Virus record (IMG/VR): IMGVR_UViG_3300035181_001974
Length of the DNA: 64,000 bases
Strand: one strand, 5' to 3'
Origin: a virus
Of the stretch, positions 58,851-64,000 are shown piece after piece (position 1 is the first letter of the stretch; the number at the start of each line of letters is the position of its first letter). A program made the position numbers and the translations under genes. The notes under the pieces are model-generated. The model saw only the letters and a program-made list of their open reading frames with translations, was not told the DNA's origin and searched no databases.

Positions 58851-60310
58851 TGAGCGACGACAGGATCACCACCAAGGCAACATTCGGAACGTACGGAAAG
58901 TCATTTCAGGAGAAGTTCGTCCAGGCCTTGTTGGTCGACAGGCAGTTTGCCGAGCAGATGCTCGAGGTTTTTGACAATGGGTATCTAGAACTGAAGTACC
59001 TCGCCTTCTTGGCTGATCGTTATTTCGGTTACGCAAAGAAATACAAGGTCTTTCCGACCCTGCAACTACTCATCACCATCATCCGTGATGAGTTGAAGGT
59101 GGGCACAGACACGGTGCTCCGTGATCAGATCATCGACTACCTGCAGCGTATGCGGGCTAACCCTGACCCGGGTGACCTCCAGTACGTCAAGGAAAAGTCG
59201 CTGGACTTCTGTCGCAAGCAGGCCCTCAAGGCCGCGCTGGAGAGTGCGGTCGATGACATGCAGGCCGAGAAATACGAGTCAATTGTCGAAGGCATCAAGA
59301 AGGCAGTGATGGTGGGCACTGCCCCACAATTGGGCCATGATTTCTTTAATGACTTCGAGGCGCGCTTCACCCAACTTCAACGCAACTGCGTGGCCACGGG
59401 ACTAGACGAGCTCGACAAGAAGGACATTCTCAACGGTGGCCTGGGTAGCGGCGAGATCGGCGTCATCGTTGCTCCCACCGGCGTGGGCAAGAGCCACATG
59501 TTGACGTTCCTGGGCGCCAACGCACTGCGCAATCAGGTCGACGTTCTTCACTACACGTTTGAGCTCTCTGAGGCGGCCGTCGGCCGCCGCTATGATTCAA
59601 ACCTCTGTGACATCGACTCTAACCACGTCATTGACAACAAAGAGAAAGTCCTCGACAACTACAAAGGCATGAAGTTGGGTCGCCTCATCATCAAGGAGTT
59701 CCCGACCAACACGGCCAGTATCTACACCCTTCGCAATCACATCGAGCGGTTGGACGTCAAGGGCTTCAGGCCTGGCCTCATCATCATCGACTACGCTGAC
59801 ATCATGCGATCGACGCGGCAGTACGATTCGCTGCGTCATGAGTTGAAGCTGATCTACGAGGAACTTCGCGGTTTCTCAGCGGAGAAGAGCATCCCAATCT
59901 GGACCGCATCGCAGTCCAACAAGGAAGGCTCCAACAGCGACATTGTTGACCTTGGCAACATGAGTGAGGCCTATGGCAAGGCGATGGTCGCTGACGTGGT
60001 GTTGAGCATCTCGAGACGCGCTCACGAGAAGGCTACGGGATTTGGTCGCCTCTACGTCGCCAAGAACCGTGCGGGCCGTGATGGCCTCGTCTATTCGGTA
60101 AAAATCGATACCTCGAAAAGCAAGTTCGAGATCGTTGGCAACGCCGGTTCGTTGGACGCAGCCGTCAAGGAAGACGAGGATGAAGTGAAGCGCGCCCTTC
60201 GCGTGAAGTGGAAGGAGCTTCGCAATGACCCCCTGCTCGGCGACAAGATGAAAAAGTCCGGCTTTGGCGACGGAGGGAGCGAAGGTTCGGGCAGTTCAGG
60301 GCTGAGCTGA
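58847..60310 (+). CDS. DnaB-family replicative helicase (T4 gp41-like)
   Basis: Walker A VIVAPTGVGKSH, Walker B LIIIDYADIM, and H3 motif TASQSNKEG. Confidence 0.8.
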   Translation: MMSDDRITTKATFGTYGKSFQEKFVQALLVDRQFAEQMLEVFDNGYLELKYLAFLADRYFGYAKKYKVFPTLQLLITIIRDELKVGTDTVLRDQIIDYLQRMRANPDPGDLQYVKEKSLDFCRKQALKAALESAVDDMQAEKYESIVEGIKKAVMVGTAPQLGHDFFNDFEARFTQLQRNCVATGLDELDKKDILNGGLGSGEIGVIVAPTGVGKSHMLTFLGANALRNQVDVLHYTFELSEAAVGRRYDSNLCDIDSNHVIDNKEKVLDNYKGMKLGRLIIKEFPTNTASIYTLRNHIERLDVKGFRPGLIIIDYADIMRSTRQYDSLRHELKLIYEELRGFSAEKSIPIWTASQSNKEGSNSDIVDLGNMSEAYGKAMVADVVLSISRRAHEKATGFGRLYVAKNRAGRDGLVYSVKIDTSKSKFEIVGNAGSLDAAVKEDEDEVKRALRVKWKELRNDPLLGDKMKKSGFGDGGSEGSGSSGLS

Positions 60311-60392
60311 ATCTCGGTATAGTTATGTCTGCTCAATGGGCTGCTTCGCTTGGCCGGCGAAAACCATCTTCAATGCCATGGAGAATAACTGA

Positions 60393-63300
60393 ATGAGGAC
60401 TTTCACGTATCAGCACGTTCGCGATGCGTCGATCGAGTATTTTCGTGGAGATGAGCTGGCGGGTGAGGTCTTTGCAGGCAAGTATGCGCTGCAGGATCTT
60501 AAGGGAAACATTTACGAGGCTACCCCTGACGACATGCACCGGCGCGAGGCGCGGGAGTTTGCTCGCATCGAGACACGGTATCCGAACGCCATGTCAGAGC
60601 AAGAGATCTATGAGCTCTTCTCTTCATGGGACGTGGTCCCACAGGGATCACCCATGTCGGCAGTTGGCAATCCGTACCAGTTTCAGTCGTTGAGCAACTG
60701 CTTCGTTATCGAGAGCCCTTATGATTCCTATGGCGGCATCCTAAAGACTGACCAGGAACAGGCGCAGATCATGAAGCGTCGCGGCGGCGTGGGTTTTGAC
60801 ATCTCGACGATTCGCCCGAAGGGTATCGAGACTGCCAACGCTGCCCGCACCACCGATGGCCTGGGCATCTTCATGGAGCGCTACAGTAATACCTGTCGCG
60901 AGGTGGCCCAAGGCGGCCGCCGAGGCGCGCTGATGTTGACAGTGTCGGTGCACCACCCGGAGATTCGCACCTTCATCAACATCAAGAAGAACAAGAAGAA
61001 GGTCACGGGCGCCAACATATCGATTCGTTTGACAGACGAGTTCATGAACGCCGTTAAGGCGGGTACGCAGGTTCAACTGCGGTTTCCAGTTGACAAAGAC
61101 GTTCCTCACATCGTCGAGGAACAGGTAGACGCTCGCCAACTGTGGCATGAGATCATCCAGGCAGCATGGGAATCTGCTGAACCCGGTTTGCTGTTCTGGG
61201 ACACTGTCCTGCGCCGCGGGCCAGCAGATGCCTACGCTGCGTTTGGTTACGGCTCGACGAGCACCAACCCGTGCATTACGGGAGAAACTCTTATCGCCGT
61301 CGCTGACGGAAGGGGTTACGTGCCCATCAAGCAGCTAGCTGACGAAGGCAAGGACTTGCCGGTCTATTGTTACCAGGAGGCCACAGGAAAAATTGGCATC
61401 CGCCTGATGAGGAATCCTAGGCTTACCGGTAAGGGAGTTCCTGTGTTCAAGGTGACCATTGAGGGAGGTCACACTTTTAAGGCCACCGGAAACCACACGA
61501 TGATCATGCGTGACGGATCCCGGAAGCGAGTCGACGAGCTGTTGAATGGCGATCAACTTTGGGTTGCTCATAAAGTCGCTGGCAAGTTTGCTGAATATTC
61601 GGCGAAGATGAGCGAGAGCGTCGGTGGGGCCAACAATCCGCGTGCCTATGACAACGTCACCAATGATGACATCCGCCAACACGTGCTGGGGTTGACCCGG
61701 TCGCTCGGCCGCCGCGTTTCACTGAACGAGTGGTACGCTTACGCTAAACAACGGTCGCTGCCGATGTCGTTTTCGGCCTGGCGTCGCAGCGAGCTGGGAA
61801 GCTTCTACGACCTGTCGTGCTGGGCGGCTCGAGAGGTCGACATCTCAACACCAGAACTCGACACGAGGATTCAACGTACGTACGTTCAGGCCCTTGAAGA
61901 AGGTTATGATGTCGATGTGATCGACGGTGAGCTGTACGTCAACCGGACGTGTGAGTGGTGCAACGAAATGTTCGCGCTGCCGTACTGCCGACGTGAACAG
62001 GCATTCTGCTCACATTCGTGTTCCAACCTCTACGCAAACAGGAAGGCCAATAAGAACGTTGCACGGGCAGAGAACCTGAAGAAGCTTCACGCTGATCGTG
62101 CAGAAGTAACGCGAAAACAGCAACTTGACGCCTTTACCTCACTTAGGTTTACGTTGGGTAGAGAGCCCTTGGGAAGAGAGTGGGTTGCCGAATGTCGACG
62201 CTTGGATGTGCCGGCACGAATCGGTACCAAAAACGGTTTTGCGTCCTGGTCTGCCCTGAAAGAGGCCGCGGCATTGCACAATCACCGCGTGATCAGCGTT
62301 GAACCCGCGGGTGTCGAAGACGTGTACAACGGCACTGTCGACGGAGAGCACACACTGTGCATGTATGTTGGTGACGAAAAGCTTGTACAGTTCCAAAATC
62401 AAGCAAACGTAATAATCGCTAGCGAACAATGCGGTGAGATTACGCTGTCGCCTTACGATTCATGTCGTTTGCTTCTCGTCAACCTCGCTCGCTTCGTCAG
62501 AGATCCATTTACTCCTCACGCCAGTTTTGACTTCGTGCGCTTCAACGATGTTGTTAAGAAGGCGCAGAAGTTGATGGACGATCTCGTCGACCTGGAGCTC
62601 GAGGCCATTGATCGAATCATGCAGAAGATCGAGAATGACCCTGAGCCCGCTGACGTGAAGCGGCCCGAAATCGAGCTATGGACCAAGATCCGCAACACTG
62701 CAATCAATGGTCGTCGCACCGGCTTGGGCATCACTGCCTTGGGCGATGCCTTGGCCTACCTCAACATCAAGTACGGTTCGGACGAGTCTATCAACGTCAC
62801 TGAGCAGATCTATAAGGGCCTCGCGTTGGGTGCCTACCGCTCGACTGTTGAGATGGCACGTGATCGTGGTCCCTTCCCGATTTTTTCCCACAAGGTGGAA
62901 GAGGGACATCCTTTCATTGAACAAGTGATGGACGCTGATCATGAGCTCCGTGATCAGTATCGTCTCTATGGACGTCGCAACATCGCCTTGACGACGACAG
63001 CGCCAGCTGGCTCTGTCTCCATCTTGACCCAGACTACATCTGGCTGCGAGCCCGCCTTCCTCCTGAGCTACAAGCGAAGGAAGAAGATCAATCCGAATGA
63101 CTTGGATGCTCGTGTCGACTTCGTTGACGCCATGGGCGACAAGTGGCAGGAGTACACGGTCTATCACCACGGATTCAAGAAGTGGATGGACGTCACTGGT
63201 GAGACCGACGTGGAAAAGTCGCCTTACTTCGGTGCCACGTCGAATGACATCGACTGGGTCAAGAAGATCGACGTCCAGGCCGCAGCTCAGAAGTGGGTCT

Positions 63301-64000
63301 GTCACTCCATCTCGAACACCACCAACATTCCGAGTGACACGCCGGTCGATGTGGTGAAGCAGATCTACATGCGCGGTTGGGAGACTGGTTGCAAGGGCGT
63401 CACCATCTATCGAGATGGTTCTCGTGATGGCGTCCTCATCAAGGACGAGAAGAAGACAGCGGCGGACCAACCCAAGAATATCGCCGAGTCTCACTCTCTG
63501 AAGCGTCCGAAGGAGCTGGAGTGTGACATTCACCACGTTTCGATCAAGGGTGAGAAGTACCTGGTCTTCGTGGGCCTCATGAACGGCAAGCCTTACGAGC
63601 TGTTCGCCGGACTGTCAGAACAGGTTGAAGTCCCGAGGAAGGCCAAGAAGGGCGTCCTCATCAAGAACGGCAAGAACGCTGACGGGGTGTCCACGTACAA
63701 CCTCCGCGTCGACCTGGACGACAATTTCCTTCTCTATAAGGACATTGTCAACCTCTTCGACAATCCGTTGTACGGAGCGCACACTCGAACCTTGTCGATG
63801 ACACTTCGACATGGAGTACCAGTTCACCTTGTCGTCGAGCAGCTCCGCAAGGACAAGCACAGCGATCTGTTCTCGTTCTCGACGGTTATCGCGCGAACGT
63901 TGAGCAAGCACTACATCGTGGATGGGACCAAGGCAACGCAGGAAAAGTGTTGCCCGATCTGTGCCTCGACGTCGCTCGCCTATCAGCAGGGATGCGTTAC
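60393..64000 (+). CDS. Ribonucleotide reductase, class II (NrdJ-like), interrupted by an intein; 3'-truncated at the window end
   Basis: N-terminal region ...GEVFAGKYALQD.... Active-site motif TNP|C...|CGEITLSPYDSC(R/N)L is split by a 386-aa insertion. The frame stays open to base 64000. Confidence 0.75.
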   Translation, partial: MRTFTYQHVRDASIEYFRGDELAGEVFAGKYALQDLKGNIYEATPDDMHRREAREFARIETRYPNAMSEQEIYELFSSWDVVPQGSPMSAVGNPYQFQSLSNCFVIESPYDSYGGILKTDQEQAQIMKRRGGVGFDISTIRPKGIETANAARTTDGLGIFMERYSNTCREVAQGGRRGALMLTVSVHHPEIRTFINIKKNKKKVTGANISIRLTDEFMNAVKAGTQVQLRFPVDKDVPHIVEEQVDARQLWHEIIQAAWESAEPGLLFWDTVLRRGPADAYAAFGYGSTSTNPCITGETLIAVADGRGYVPIKQLADEGKDLPVYCYQEATGKIGIRLMRNPRLTGKGVPVFKVTIEGGHTFKATGNHTMIMRDGSRKRVDELLNGDQLWVAHKVAGKFAEYSAKMSESVGGANNPRAYDNVTNDDIRQHVLGLTRSLGRRVSLNEWYAYAKQRSLPMSFSAWRRSELGSFYDLSCWAAREVDISTPELDTRIQRTYVQALEEGYDVDVIDGELYVNRTCEWCNEMFALPYCRREQAFCSHSCSNLYANRKANKNVARAENLKKLHADRAEVTRKQQLDAFTSLRFTLGREPLGREWVAECRRLDVPARIGTKNGFASWSALKEAAALHNHRVISVEPAGVEDVYNGTVDGEHTLCMYVGDEKLVQFQNQANVIIASEQCGEITLSPYDSCRLLLVNLARFVRDPFTPHASFDFVRFNDVVKKAQKLMDDLVDLELEAIDRIMQKIENDPEPADVKRPEIELWTKIRNTAINGRRTGLGITALGDALAYLNIKYGSDESINVTEQIYKGLALGAYRSTVEMARDRGPFPIFSHKVEEGHPFIEQVMDADHELRDQYRLYGRRNIALTTTAPAGSVSILTQTTSGCEPAFLLSYKRRKKINPNDLDARVDFVDAMGDKWQEYTVYHHGFKKWMDVTGETDVEKSPYFGATSNDIDWVKKIDVQAAAQKWVCHSISNTTNIPSDTPVDVVKQIYMRGWETGCKGVTIYRDGSRDGVLIKDEKKTAADQPKNIAESHSLKRPKELECDIHHVSIKGEKYLVFVGLMNGKPYELFAGLSEQVEVPRKAKKGVLIKNGKNADGVSTYNLRVDLDDNFLLYKDIVNLFDNPLYGAHTRTLSMTLRHGVPVHLVVEQLRKDKHSDLFSFSTVIARTLSKHYIVDGTKATQEKCCPICASTSLAYQQGCV
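61272..62429 (+). mobile_element. Intein (386 aa) inserted at the NPC/GEI radical-Cys motif of the RNR
   Basis: Block A CITGETLIAVADG. Block B GHTFKATGNHTMIM. Block F ...VEDVYNGTVDGEHTL.... A Cys-rich CEWC...C..C...C central domain. Ends ...IIASEQ before the extein Cys, i.e. a C-terminal Gln variant. Confidence 0.7.

Overview
This 64 kb window is one contiguous stretch of a large dsDNA myovirus genome, about 55-58% GC, with almost every gene on the + strand. No integrase, repressor or CRISPR array is visible.

Gene order, left to right:
- A T4-type head-morphogenesis block: a 5'-truncated gene, a gp21/U9-type prohead protease, an intervening peptide deformylase, small proteins, an extremely acidic scaffold and a gp23-like major capsid protein.
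- An accessory island containing a complete phage-encoded tmRNA (ssrA) with an ...ALAA degron tag, a decayed homing-endonuclease-like gene, and a SAM-dependent methyltransferase.
- A long virion structural and fiber module with repeat-rich fiber proteins, a LamG-like protein and a patatin-like phospholipase.
- Two tandem paralogous tail-sheath genes of about 1000 aa each, four small ORFs, a tail tube, a Nudix hydrolase, a 1680-aa tape measure, a LysM 'protein X'-like gene and two baseplate-type proteins of about 1000 aa each.
- A T4-like replication and recombination block: a stand-alone family-A polymerase domain without an exonuclease, an HD hydrolase, a gp32-like SSB, a UvsX/RecA-like recombinase, a dUTPase, a minus-strand frameshifted homing-endonuclease-like cassette, an RNase H/FEN, a DnaB/gp41-like helicase, and a class II ribonucleotide reductase interrupted by an intein and cut off at the window end.

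Two features stand out most:
- The tmRNA-plus-deformylase pair, which suggests the phage manipulates host translation quality control.
- A family of six small proteins whose N-termini resemble the T4 capsid-targeting sequence that ends in the prohead-protease cleavage motif I-x-E.
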